Positions 34,832 through 43,679 of a stretch of 64,000 bases of DNA are shown in pieces. The stretch is taken from contig MNXU01000051.1 in NCBI GenBank assembly GCA_001872285.1, positions 107 through 64,106 of the forward strand, in the 5' to 3' direction. Numbering within the stretch: position 1 is the stretch's first letter; every line of letters begins with the position of its first letter. Below the pieces are notes generated by a model. It was not told the origin of the DNA, made no database searches, and saw only the letters and a program-made list of their open reading frames with translations. This DNA comes from Betaproteobacteria bacterium CG2_30_68_42. Its GTDB lineage: Bacteria > Pseudomonadota > Gammaproteobacteria > Burkholderiales > Rhodocyclaceae. The translations under genes were made by a program, and so were the position numbers.

Positions 34832-36487
34832 ATGACCTTGCGTGCCCGGCTCATCGCCGTGCTGGCGGTGCTGGCGATCGCGACCCTCGTCGCGAACGGC
34901 TACAGCCTCATCATGTTCTCGCGCCTCGGCAACAGCGCGGTCTCGAATCTGCAGGAGACCAAGACCTGGTCGCGGGCGATCTATGTCGCCGCAGGCATGA
35001 ACCGCCATCTGCTCCTGGAGGAGCGCACATGGAAGGATCTCCTGCTTCGCGGTGCCGAGCCCGCGGAGCGCCGCAGCTATCTGTCCGCGCTGGAAACGGA
35101 GAGCGCGGAAGTGCGCAAATACCTGGGCGAACTCGAGCAGCTCGCCCCGGTGCTCGGCCTCAACGCGGACGCCATCCGGTCGCTGATCCAGGGCCATGCG
35201 GCGCTCACCGAGCGCTACCGGAGCGCCTTGCGGCCCTACGAGGGCACGCGGCTCAACGCCCAGGCGATCGAGCACCTGGCCGGAGTCGGGGACGCGGAGG
35301 TCGGGGACGCGAGCGTGCAGGACTCCATGAACGCCCTGCGCAAGGCCATCACCGGGCAATCGCGGGAGCGCGCCGACGAGGCGATTGCGGCCACCGGGAA
35401 GAGCGAACGCACCGCCGGCTGGAGCATGCTCGCCATCGTCGCCGTGTCTGCGCTGGGCGGGCTGCTCGCCTTCGTCCTGTTCGCGCGCAACCTGTTGCGC
35501 ATGCTCGGGGGCGAACCGCAATACGCCCTCGAGGTGGTCAAGCGTGTGGCGACCGGCGATCTCGCCTTCGAAGTGAAGACGCGCGCCGGCGACAGCGAGA
35601 GTCTGCTCGGGGCCATCGCGGGAATGCAGGCGCGCCTGCGCGAGATGGTGACGCAGATCCGCGCCGCGGCCGCCCAGCTCAGCGGGAGCGCGGCGCAGTT
35701 CTCCAGCATGACTTCGTCCCTGAGCGCCGGCAGCGCCACGCAGAACGACGCCGCCGTGCATGCCGCGGCTGCGGTCGAGGGCATGTCGGCTGCCATCGAG
35801 AAGGTTTCGGAGAGCGCCGGCGAAGTCGACCGGCAGTCGGCCGCGAGCCTGGAGAAGACCCGCGAGGGCAACGAGAGCCTGTCCTCCATGATCGGAGAGC
35901 TCGACGAGGTGAAATCGGCGGTGGGTGACGTTGCAGTCGCGGCGGAAGCGTTCATCGGCAGCGCACAGGCGATCATGACGATGACGCGCCAGGTGCGCGA
36001 CATCGCGGACCAGACGAATCTGCTCGCACTCAACGCGGCGATCGAGGCCGCGCGCGCCGGCGAGCAGGGTCGCGGCTTCGCCGTGGTCGCCGACGAGGTG
36101 CGCAAGCTCGCGGAGAAGTCGGCGGTCGCGGCAGCCGAGATCGACAAGGTCACCCAGTCCCTGGCCGAGAAGTCCGAGAAGGTCGAGGGCGCGATCCAGC
36201 ACGGGAGGTCCGCGCTGGATTCCAGCGAGGCTTATTTGAACCGCATGGGCGAGGTGCTCGGAGCGGCGACCGGGGAAGTCTCGCACACACGCGCGGGAAT
36301 GGGCGAGATCGCCTCTTCGGTGCGCCAGCAGACGATCGCCAGCAACGACATCGCCCGCAATGTGGAGCGCTTCGCGCGCATGGTCGGCGAGAACAGCGCG
36401 GCGGTCGCGCAGGCCGCCGAGGAAGCCCGCCGGCTGGAAGAGCTTGCCGGAAATCTCAACCAGGTCGCGAACCGCTTCACCGTGTAA
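34832..36487 (+). CDS. methyl-accepting chemotaxis protein
   Basis: ATG at 34832. Two transmembrane segments, a HAMP domain, and the highly conserved signalling hairpin [38 protein letters not shown]. Confidence 0.9.
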   Translation: MTLRARLIAVLAVLAIATLVANGYSLIMFSRLGNSAVSNLQETKTWSRAIYVAAGMNRHLLLEERTWKDLLLRGAEPAERRSYLSALETESAEVRKYLGELEQLAPVLGLNADAIRSLIQGHAALTERYRSALRPYEGTRLNAQAIEHLAGVGDAEVGDASVQDSMNALRKAITGQSRERADEAIAATGKSERTAGWSMLAIVAVSALGGLLAFVLFARNLLRMLGGEPQYALEVVKRVATGDLAFEVKTRAGDSESLLGAIAGMQARLREMVTQIRAAAAQLSGSAAQFSSMTSSLSAGSATQNDAAVHAAAAVEGMSAAIEKVSESAGEVDRQSAASLEKTREGNESLSSMIGELDEVKSAVGDVAVAAEAFIGSAQAIMTMTRQVRDIADQTNLLALNAAIEAARAGEQGRGFAVVADEVRKLAEKSAVAAAEIDKVTQSLAEKSEKVEGAIQHGRSALDSSEAYLNRMGEVLGAATGEVSHTRAGMGEIASSVRQQTIASNDIARNVERFARMVGENSAAVAQAAEEARRLEELAGNLNQVANRFTV

Positions 36488-36552
36488 TCGCGCTTCCCGG
36501 AAAGACTCGTCCGGGGGATAATCCGGCCATGCCGAAGCTCGCGGCGTGACCG

Positions 36553-37494
36553 ATGCGGTACAAGGACTATTACAAGGTGCTTGGCGTTGCGCGCGACGCC
36601 CGGCCCGAGGAAATCAAGAAGGCCTACCGGCTGCTGGCGCGCAAGTTTCATCCCGACGTATCCCGGGAGCCGAATGCCGAGGATCGCTTCAAGGAGGTCC
36701 AGGAGGCCTACGAAGTCCTCAAGGATCGCGAGAAGCGCGTCGCCTATGACCAGCTCGGGGCATGGCGGCCCGGCCAGGATTTCCGGCCGCCGCCCGAGTG
36801 GGGCGAGCGTTTCGGCCGGACCCGATCCGGATTCGGCCCCGAGGGGGCGGGTTTCAGCGACTTCTTCGCGGAGCTGTTCGGCGGCGGTCGCGGGCACGCA
36901 GGCGGCGGCTTCGCGATGCGTGGTCAGGACATCGACGCCACGGTGGAGCTTCCTCTCCGGCAGGCACTGACCGGGACGGAAGCGAGTTTCCGCCTGGCGA
37001 TCCCGGAATGGGACGCGAGCGGGCGCATGACTGCGGTCGAGCGGTCCGTCAAGGTGCGCATTCCGCGCGGCGTGACCGACGGCGAGAAGCTGCGCGTGCC
37101 CGGCAAGGGCGGGCACGGCGCGGGGGGAGGTCCCGCGGGAGACCTGTATCTGACGGTCGTGTTCCTCCCCGATCCGCTGTTCCGGACCAGCGGCCACGAT
37201 GCCTGGCTGGAAGTTCCGATCGCTCCCTGGGAAGCCGCGCTGGGCGCCGACATCGAGATCCCCACGCTCGAAGGCAAGGCGCGCCTCAAGATTCCGGCCG
37301 GCAGTCGTGCCGGGCAGAAGCTGCGCCTGGCCGGCAAGGGCCTGCCGCGGCCCGGCGGCAGGGGCCACGGGGATCTCTACGCGCTGATTCAGATCGCGGT
37401 GCCGCCGTCACCGAGCGAGCGCGAGCGTTCCCTGTTCGAGGAACTGGCGCGGAGCTCCAGTTTCGACCCGCGCCGCCATTTCCGCGGAGCCTGA
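36553..37494 (+). CDS. cbpA: DnaJ-class curved-DNA-binding co-chaperone CbpA
   Basis: J-domain [32 protein letters not shown]. No Zn-finger region. 313 aa. Confidence 0.85.
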   Translation: MRYKDYYKVLGVARDARPEEIKKAYRLLARKFHPDVSREPNAEDRFKEVQEAYEVLKDREKRVAYDQLGAWRPGQDFRPPPEWGERFGRTRSGFGPEGAGFSDFFAELFGGGRGHAGGGFAMRGQDIDATVELPLRQALTGTEASFRLAIPEWDASGRMTAVERSVKVRIPRGVTDGEKLRVPGKGGHGAGGGPAGDLYLTVVFLPDPLFRTSGHDAWLEVPIAPWEAALGADIEIPTLEGKARLKIPAGSRAGQKLRLAGKGLPRPGGRGHGDLYALIQIAVPPSPSERERSLFEELARSSSFDPRRHFRGA

Positions 37495-37495
37495 G

Positions 37496-37819
37496 ATGCG
37501 AATCGAGGAAGAATTCGACGCCTGGATTGCGTCTTTCGAGGAGGGTCCGATCGGGCTGCCCGAGCTGATGGGTCTCTCGGGCCTGCCCAGGGACTCACTG
37601 CGTGTGCTGGTCGAATCCGGGCTGATCGAGCTTCGCCCCGAGGGGCGCGGCTGGCGGTGCAGCCTGCGCGCGATCGAGAAGGTGCGCAGGGCGGGCCGGC
37701 TTCGCTCAGATTTCGCGCTCAACGACGCGGGCATGCTGCTTGCGTTCACCCTGTTCGAGCGCATCGAGGCGCTGGAGGAGGAACTCAGGCGCTTGCGCTG
37801 CCAGTTGCCGCGAACGTGA
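37496..37819 (+). CDS. cbpM: chaperone-modulator CbpM (MerR-like)
   Basis: 107 aa, starting 1 nt after the cbpA stop. The position and the helix-rich sequence fit a CbpM partner. Confidence 0.7.
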   Translation: MRIEEEFDAWIASFEEGPIGLPELMGLSGLPRDSLRVLVESGLIELRPEGRGWRCSLRAIEKVRRAGRLRSDFALNDAGMLLAFTLFERIEALEEELRRLRCQLPRT

Positions 37820-37830
37820 AGCGGCGGCAT

Positions 37831-37844
37831 TTGATTCGCATCAA
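37831..37844 (+). promoter_or_regulatory. perfect FNR/CRP-family box TTGAT-TCGC-ATCAA
   Basis: Exact TTGAT-N4-ATCAA. A TAAAGT -10-like hexamer at 37866-37871 fits a class II (-41.5) arrangement. 131 nt upstream of the 37975 ATG. Confidence 0.55.
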
Positions 37845-37974
37845 GAGGTGTTATCCTCTCGTCGGTAAAGTTGATGGTGCAGTGCGGCGAGCGGAGAACG
37901 CGCCCGTCGCCATGAAAAAGAACCATTGAACGGACCGCGACCGGAACGGTCGCAAAAGCCGGAGGGAAGAGTCC

Positions 37975-39783
37975 ATGTCGGGCGCAGCCTTGCTCGGGCC
38001 GCCGCAGTCTGGCGCGCAGCCCACGGAGGCGCGGGAGGAGATCGTTTCGGTCGACCCGCGCGACATCGCCTGGGTACACCAGAACGTACCGTGCCAGAGC
38101 GCCTGTCCGGCCGGCACCAACGTCCCGGCCTACATCCGCCAGATCGTCGAGGAGCACTACGGCCGCTCCTACGAGACGAACCGCGAGGCCAATGTGCTGC
38201 CGGGCGTGCTCGGGCGCATCTGCTCGCGGCCGTGCGAGGCCGCGTGCCGGCACGGTTGGCCGGGCAACGGCGAGCCGGTCGCGATCTGCCACCTGAAGCG
38301 GGTGGCGGCCGACATGAAGGACTCAGGGCACCGCATCACCGAGAGGCTCTACGCCCCCACCGGCAAGCGGGTGGCGATCGTCGGCGCGGGACCGGCCGGG
38401 ATCGCCGCCGCGCATGACCTCTCGCTGCTCGGCCACGACGTGACGATCCTGGAACGCGAGGAGCGCGCGGGCGGCATGCTGCGCTACGGCATCCCGGAGT
38501 TCCGCCTGCCGCGCGGCGTCCTCGACGTCGAGCTTCACAACGCGCTGCGGCTGGGCGCGCAGATGCACACCGGCGTGGAAGTGGGCAAGGAACACGGGCA
38601 GACGCCGATCGCGCAGCTCCTCCGCGAATATGACGCGGTCCTGCTCGCGACCGGCTGCATGGCGGCCAGTCCGCTTCCGCTTCGCGGCCGCTGGGAGAAG
38701 GAGGATCTCGCGGGCGCCTGCGCAGACGTCGAATACGGTCTCGATTTTCTGATGGATCTGCACCGCGGTCGCAAGAAGCGGGTGGGCAAGCGCGTCGCGG
38801 TAGTCGGCGCGGGTTTCACCGCGCTCGACTGCGCGCGGATGGCGGTTCGCCTCGGGGGCAAGGAGGTCGTCATCCACATCCGCACCGCCGAGGAGTACAT
38901 TCCGGTCGCGAAGGAGGAGATCTTCGAGGCCAAGCGCGAAGGCATCCGCATCCGCGGCCTGCGCACGCCGGTGGGGCTCCAGGTCGACGAGACGGGACGG
39001 CTCACCGGCGTCGAGTTCGTCCAGAACCGGCTCGGCGGCTGGCGCGCCAAGGGCCGGCGGCAGGCGATTCCGATCGAGGGCTCGGAATTCGTCGAGCCCT
39101 GCGACACGATCATCGTCGCGATCGGCCAGCAGACCGTGAACGACCATCTCGACGTCAAGCTCGATCTCGACCGCTGGGGCAACGTCCGGATCGGCGAGAA
39201 CGGCATGACCTCGAACGCCGGATTGTTCGCGGCCGGCGACTATGTGCGCGGCGCTTCCACCGCGATCGAGGCGGTCGGGCACGGGCGCGAGCTCGCGCGG
39301 AAGATGGACGCCTGGCTGATGGGCCGCGAGCGGCGCAGGACGGTGGTGCGCATCACGCCGGTCGAGCGCCCGTTGCGCAGCCGCGCGTTCGATTTCATCG
39401 TCCGGCAGCACATGCCCACGGCGGCGCTCGCCGCACGCGATCAGCGGCGCGAGGTCGAACTCGGCTACGCGCCGACCGACGCGCTCGAAGAGGCCAAGCG
39501 CTGTTACCTCTGCAACCTGCGCTACGAGATCGACGTGGATCGCTGCATCTTCTGCCGCGCGTGCATCGATGTCGCGCCGCGCAACTGCATCAAGATGGTC
39601 GACGGCGTGGAGCGGGGCGAGGACGCATCGATCCGCAAGCTCACCGAGACGCGTGACTGGAGCCAGGTCGCGGCGATCTGGATCGACAACAACGAGTGCA
39701 TCCGCTGCGGGCAGTGCTATACCGCCTGCCCGGTGAAGTGCATCTCGATCTCACGCTGCGAACTGGTCGACGCGGACGTCTGA
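37975..39783 (+). CDS. GltD-like NAD(P)H-dependent oxidoreductase with C-terminal 2x[4Fe-4S] ferredoxin domain (KorC-like subunit of NADP-reducing 2-oxoglutarate oxidoreductase)
   Basis: 602 aa. CQSACPAGTNVP...CSRPCEAACRHG...RVAIVGAGPAGIAAAHDL...GGMLRYGIPEFR. The C-terminus carries CIFCRACIDVAP and CIRCGQCYTACP. Confidence 0.85.
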   Translation: MSGAALLGPPQSGAQPTEAREEIVSVDPRDIAWVHQNVPCQSACPAGTNVPAYIRQIVEEHYGRSYETNREANVLPGVLGRICSRPCEAACRHGWPGNGEPVAICHLKRVAADMKDSGHRITERLYAPTGKRVAIVGAGPAGIAAAHDLSLLGHDVTILEREERAGGMLRYGIPEFRLPRGVLDVELHNALRLGAQMHTGVEVGKEHGQTPIAQLLREYDAVLLATGCMAASPLPLRGRWEKEDLAGACADVEYGLDFLMDLHRGRKKRVGKRVAVVGAGFTALDCARMAVRLGGKEVVIHIRTAEEYIPVAKEEIFEAKREGIRIRGLRTPVGLQVDETGRLTGVEFVQNRLGGWRAKGRRQAIPIEGSEFVEPCDTIIVAIGQQTVNDHLDVKLDLDRWGNVRIGENGMTSNAGLFAAGDYVRGASTAIEAVGHGRELARKMDAWLMGRERRRTVVRITPVERPLRSRAFDFIVRQHMPTAALAARDQRREVELGYAPTDALEEAKRCYLCNLRYEIDVDRCIFCRACIDVAPRNCIKMVDGVERGEDASIRKLTETRDWSQVAAIWIDNNECIRCGQCYTACPVKCISISRCELVDADV

Positions 39784-39786
39784 ATC

Positions 39787-40830
39787 ATGGGAAACCCATC
39801 ACGCCATCACATCGTCATCGGCAGCGGAGTGGCGGGCAGCCAGGCCGCGGCCACCCTGCGCGAACGCGAACCCGACAGCCGAATCTCCATCCTGACGCTC
39901 TCCAGCCTGCTCTTCTACAACCGCTACGACCTGCCCAAGGTGTTCCGCGGGGTGCGCGACTGGCGCGAGTTCCTGGTGCAGCCGCCGGAGTATTACGAGA
40001 ACAACCGGATCGGCGTGCGGCGTCTGAACCGCGTCGCGGCCGTGGACTCCGCGCGGCGGGTGATCGTCCTCGACCACAAGGAGGAGGTTGCCTTCGACAC
40101 GCTGCTGGTGGCTTCCGGCGGGCGCGGCTACGTTCCCGAGGAGCTCACCGACTATCGTGCGCTGATGCATCCATTCTCCAGCTATACCGAGGCGCTGCGC
40201 ACGGCCAACGCGCTGCCCGAGGGCGGGCATGCGATCCTGCTGGGGGGAGACATGATCGGCCTGGACCTCGCCCGCACGCTGATCGACACCGGTCACCAGG
40301 TCACGCTCATCGCGGACGATCACGCCTTCTGGCCGCATGAGGTCGAGGACGCGGAGCGCGCCGGTTTCCTCGCCGCGCTCGACCACATGGGCATGCGTGT
40401 CATCGACGGGCGTGCGGCCGGCGGCATCGCGGCCGTCGAGGCCGGCGCGAAGGGACTTTCGGCGCGCCGCGTCGCGCTCGCAGACGGCAGCGAGGTTCGC
40501 GGCGATGTCGTCATGCCCTTTTTCGGGCTCACGCCCTCGGTGGAGTTCATGCTCGGATCGGGAGTTGACATCGAGCGCGGGCTGCTGGTCACGCCGGGGC
40601 TGCGCACCACCGACGAGGCGATCTGGGCCGCCGGCGACGTCTGCCAGATCTGGTCGGACGAGGTGCACCGCTACCGCTTCTTCTACGGGTGGAAGAATGT
40701 CCGTGCGATGGGCGAGCTGGCGGCGCGCAACATGACTGGCGCGGACGACCCCTGGGTGAGCGTGCAGGACGAGCATCTGCGCCTGACGCCCGAGGGCGCG
40801 ATCCATTCTCCGTTCTGGGAATACCAATGA
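39787..40830 (+). CDS. FAD-dependent pyridine-nucleotide-disulfide-oxidoreductase-family protein (short; degenerate second dinucleotide motif)
   Basis: 347 aa. HIVIGSGVAGSQAA is the FAD GxGxxG. The second motif reads AILLGGDMIGLDLA, with Asp where the middle Gly is expected. Starts 3 nt after the previous gene, and has an ATGA overlap with korA. Confidence 0.8.
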   Translation: MGNPSRHHIVIGSGVAGSQAAATLREREPDSRISILTLSSLLFYNRYDLPKVFRGVRDWREFLVQPPEYYENNRIGVRRLNRVAAVDSARRVIVLDHKEEVAFDTLLVASGGRGYVPEELTDYRALMHPFSSYTEALRTANALPEGGHAILLGGDMIGLDLARTLIDTGHQVTLIADDHAFWPHEVEDAERAGFLAALDHMGMRVIDGRAAGGIAAVEAGAKGLSARRVALADGSEVRGDVVMPFFGLTPSVEFMLGSGVDIERGLLVTPGLRTTDEAIWAAGDVCQIWSDEVHRYRFFYGWKNVRAMGELAARNMTGADDPWVSVQDEHLRLTPEGAIHSPFWEYQ

Positions 40831-42638
40831 AGGCCATGAGCACCGATATCCAGATTGCGATCTGCGGGAGCGCGGGAGACGGGACGATCGCCGCCGGCGA
40901 GATCCTGCGCAACGTGATGGCCGGTCTCGGCTACAAGGTCATCGCGTTCGACGTCTATCCGCCCGAGATTCGCGGCTTCGGCAAGTGCATCGCGCGCATG
41001 CGCGTCACCACCGAGCAGGCCTACTCGCTCAAGCCGCAATCGGACGTCCTGATCTCGCTCGACGACAGCCATGCGATTCCCCATGTCGGCGAAGTCCGCG
41101 ACTACGGCGCCGTGATCTACGAACGCGGCTCGATCGTGCAACTCGCCGAGGGCGGCCACATCAGCGCACATGTGCGCCCGGCCCAGTTGCCCTATGCGGT
41201 GCCGCTGCGCGAGCTGTCCGAGAAATCCACCAGCTCCAACCGCTCGCGCAACATCGTCGCTCTCGGTTTCCTGGCCGGTCTGTGCGGGCTGCAGGAAGAC
41301 ACCTTTCTGAACGCGCTTTCGCGCAAGTTCAAGAAGAAGCCGGAAGTCGCAGAGAGCGCGCAGAGCGCGTTCCGCGCAGGCTATGCGGAGAGCGCGGACA
41401 CGTTCAAGCTCGACGACGTGGTGTTCGGTCCGGTGCCGAAGGCCCCGGTTGCGGCCGGCTCGGCGGTGGAGATGATGAACGGCAACGCAGCGGTCGTACG
41501 CGGCTGCCTCGATGCCGGCATCGAGAACTACTTCGGCTACCCGATCACCCCCGCGACCTCGATCATGGAGCGACTCGCGCTGGAGATGCCGAAGCGCGGC
41601 GCGCGCCTGCTGCAGACCGAGGACGAGATCGCTGCGATCTCGGCCACCGTGGGCGCCGGCTTCGCGGGTGCACGCGCCGCCACCGCAACCTCCGGTCCGG
41701 GGTTCTCGCTGATGACCGAGATGCTCGGGCTCGGGGTCATCGCCGAGGTGCCCTGCGTGATCTTCGTCTCCCAGCGCGGGGGGCCCTCCACCGGCATGCC
41801 GACCAAGACCGAGCAGTCCGACCTGCACATCGCGGTGTACGGCGGCCATGGCGACGCCCAGCGGATCGTCATCGCGCCCACCAATGTCGAAGGCTGCTAC
41901 CGTTGCGCGGGCAAGGCGTTCGAGATGGCGGAGCGCTACCAGACGCCGGTCGTCGTGCTGCTCGATCTCTACCTCTCGAACCGTTACGAGACGGTCGTCT
42001 TCCCGGCGCGCCCGCCGTTCGCTCCCAACCAGTCGAAGGCGCCCGAGAAGGACCAGCTCGGCGACGCCTACCGCCGCTATGCCCTGACCGGCGACCTGAT
42101 CAGCCCCCGCACCGTGCCCGGCGACAAGGACGGCATGTACGTCGCCACCGGGCTCGAGCACAACGAGCTGGGCCGGCCGAATGATCAGCCGCAGAACCAC
42201 GAGGCGCAGAGCCGCAAGCGGCACGAGAAGCTCAAGGCCGCGCTCGCCCATCCCGACTTCACCCACTACAAGCGCTTCGGCGACGAGGGCGCGGTCGATG
42301 TCGGCATCATCGGCTGGGGCTCGAATTTCGGGGAGTGCCTGGAGGCGATGATCAAGGCGCGTGCCGAAGGCATCCGCTGCGCGGCGATGAAGGTCGTCAT
42401 GATCTCGCCCTTCCCGGTCGCGGGAGTGACCGGATTCATGGACCAGTGCCGCGAGGTGCTCGTGCCGGAGGTCAATTACGAGGGCCAGTTCGCCAATGTG
42501 CTCCAGGCCAATGTCGGCCGGCCGGTGGCGCGGCTCAACCGGGTGCCCGGCGCCCCGATGGCGGTCGGCGACATCCTCGAAGAAGTACGCCGGCTGGCTG
42601 CACGCGCGCGGCGCGGGCACGAGAAGGCGGCGGCGTGA
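40827..42638 (+). CDS. korA: 2-oxoglutarate:ferredoxin oxidoreductase subunit alpha (fused gamma-alpha, two-subunit type)
   Basis: ATG at 40827. 603 aa. IAICGSAGDGTIAAGEIL... then GYPITPATSIMERL...SGPGFSLMTE. Confidence 0.9.
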   Translation: MKAMSTDIQIAICGSAGDGTIAAGEILRNVMAGLGYKVIAFDVYPPEIRGFGKCIARMRVTTEQAYSLKPQSDVLISLDDSHAIPHVGEVRDYGAVIYERGSIVQLAEGGHISAHVRPAQLPYAVPLRELSEKSTSSNRSRNIVALGFLAGLCGLQEDTFLNALSRKFKKKPEVAESAQSAFRAGYAESADTFKLDDVVFGPVPKAPVAAGSAVEMMNGNAAVVRGCLDAGIENYFGYPITPATSIMERLALEMPKRGARLLQTEDEIAAISATVGAGFAGARAATATSGPGFSLMTEMLGLGVIAEVPCVIFVSQRGGPSTGMPTKTEQSDLHIAVYGGHGDAQRIVIAPTNVEGCYRCAGKAFEMAERYQTPVVVLLDLYLSNRYETVVFPARPPFAPNQSKAPEKDQLGDAYRRYALTGDLISPRTVPGDKDGMYVATGLEHNELGRPNDQPQNHEAQSRKRHEKLKAALAHPDFTHYKRFGDEGAVDVGIIGWGSNFGECLEAMIKARAEGIRCAAMKVVMISPFPVAGVTGFMDQCREVLVPEVNYEGQFANVLQANVGRPVARLNRVPGAPMAVGDILEEVRRLAARARRGHEKAAA

Positions 42639-42761
42639 GCAGGGAGCAGGGGCCCCGCGTAGCGGGGATGCGACCGCCCGCGAGCGCCGCCGAGCCGCCG
42701 ACGGTGCGCGGGTCGATCTGCGAAGTGGGTTCGGAGGCGGCAGCATGATGGAGGAATTGCG

Positions 42762-43661
42762 ATGAGTACCGTGATGAAGCCGATCTACGTCGAAGACAAG
42801 CTCAGGGAAGTGCGCGAGAGCGGGCGGCTCGCTTTCCGTTCGCGGACGCTGCCCACCTGGTGTCCGGGCTGCGGCTATTTCTCCATCGAGGAAGGGCTGA
42901 CCTGGGCGCTCAACGACCTGGGCGTCGCCAACAAGGACATCGTGGTGGTGTCGGGGATCGGCTGCGCTTCGCGTTTTCCCTTCTTCGTGAATGCGTACGG
43001 GTTTCACACCCTGCACGGGCGGGCGTTGCCCACCGCCACCGGGGTCAAGCTGGCCAACGAGGCGCTCACCGTCGTCGCCGTGGGCGGCGACGGGGACGGC
43101 TTCGCGATCGGCGGCGCGCATCTCTCGCATGCCGCGCGGCGCAACGTCGACATCACCTACCTGCTGATGGATAACGGCATCTACGGCCTGACCAAGGGGC
43201 AGACCTCGCCCACCTCCGTGGTCGGTTTCCGCACATCGACCTCGCCCTATGAAAACCTGGACCGCCCGCTCAACCCGCTGTTGATGATGTTGTCCTACGG
43301 TGCGAGCTGGGTCGGCAGGTCCTACGCGGGCGAGCCGAATCACCTGCGCGGCATGATCCGCGAGGCGCTCGCCCACCGCGGATTCTCCTATCTGCACATC
43401 CTTTCGCCGTGCGTGACCTTCGACAAGACCAGCAAGACCTACGTCAATCTGGGCATGCAGGTCGAGGCGCTGCCCGAGACGCACGATCCCGCCGATCTCG
43501 CCGGAGCGATGCGCATCGCGATGGACACCGAGCGGCTCGCGCTCGGCCTGTTTTATAGCGAGCTGCGCCCGACGCTCGGCGACAACATGGACGAGCTCGT
43601 GGCGCGGGCGAGCGGCCCGCCGGCGGCCAGGCCGAAGAAGGCCGCCGGCGGAAGGCGCTGA
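42762..43661 (+). CDS. korB: 2-oxoglutarate:ferredoxin oxidoreductase subunit beta (TPP-binding)
   Basis: SD GGAGGAA. 299 aa. WCPGCGYFSI...SGIGCASRFP...GGDGDGFAIGGAHLSHAARRNVDITYLLMDNGIYGLTKGQ. Confidence 0.9.
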   Translation: MSTVMKPIYVEDKLREVRESGRLAFRSRTLPTWCPGCGYFSIEEGLTWALNDLGVANKDIVVVSGIGCASRFPFFVNAYGFHTLHGRALPTATGVKLANEALTVVAVGGDGDGFAIGGAHLSHAARRNVDITYLLMDNGIYGLTKGQTSPTSVVGFRTSTSPYENLDRPLNPLLMMLSYGASWVGRSYAGEPNHLRGMIREALAHRGFSYLHILSPCVTFDKTSKTYVNLGMQVEALPETHDPADLAGAMRIAMDTERLALGLFYSELRPTLGDNMDELVARASGPPAARPKKAAGGRR

Positions 43662-43679
43662 GCGCAGGCGCCGCCCGCA

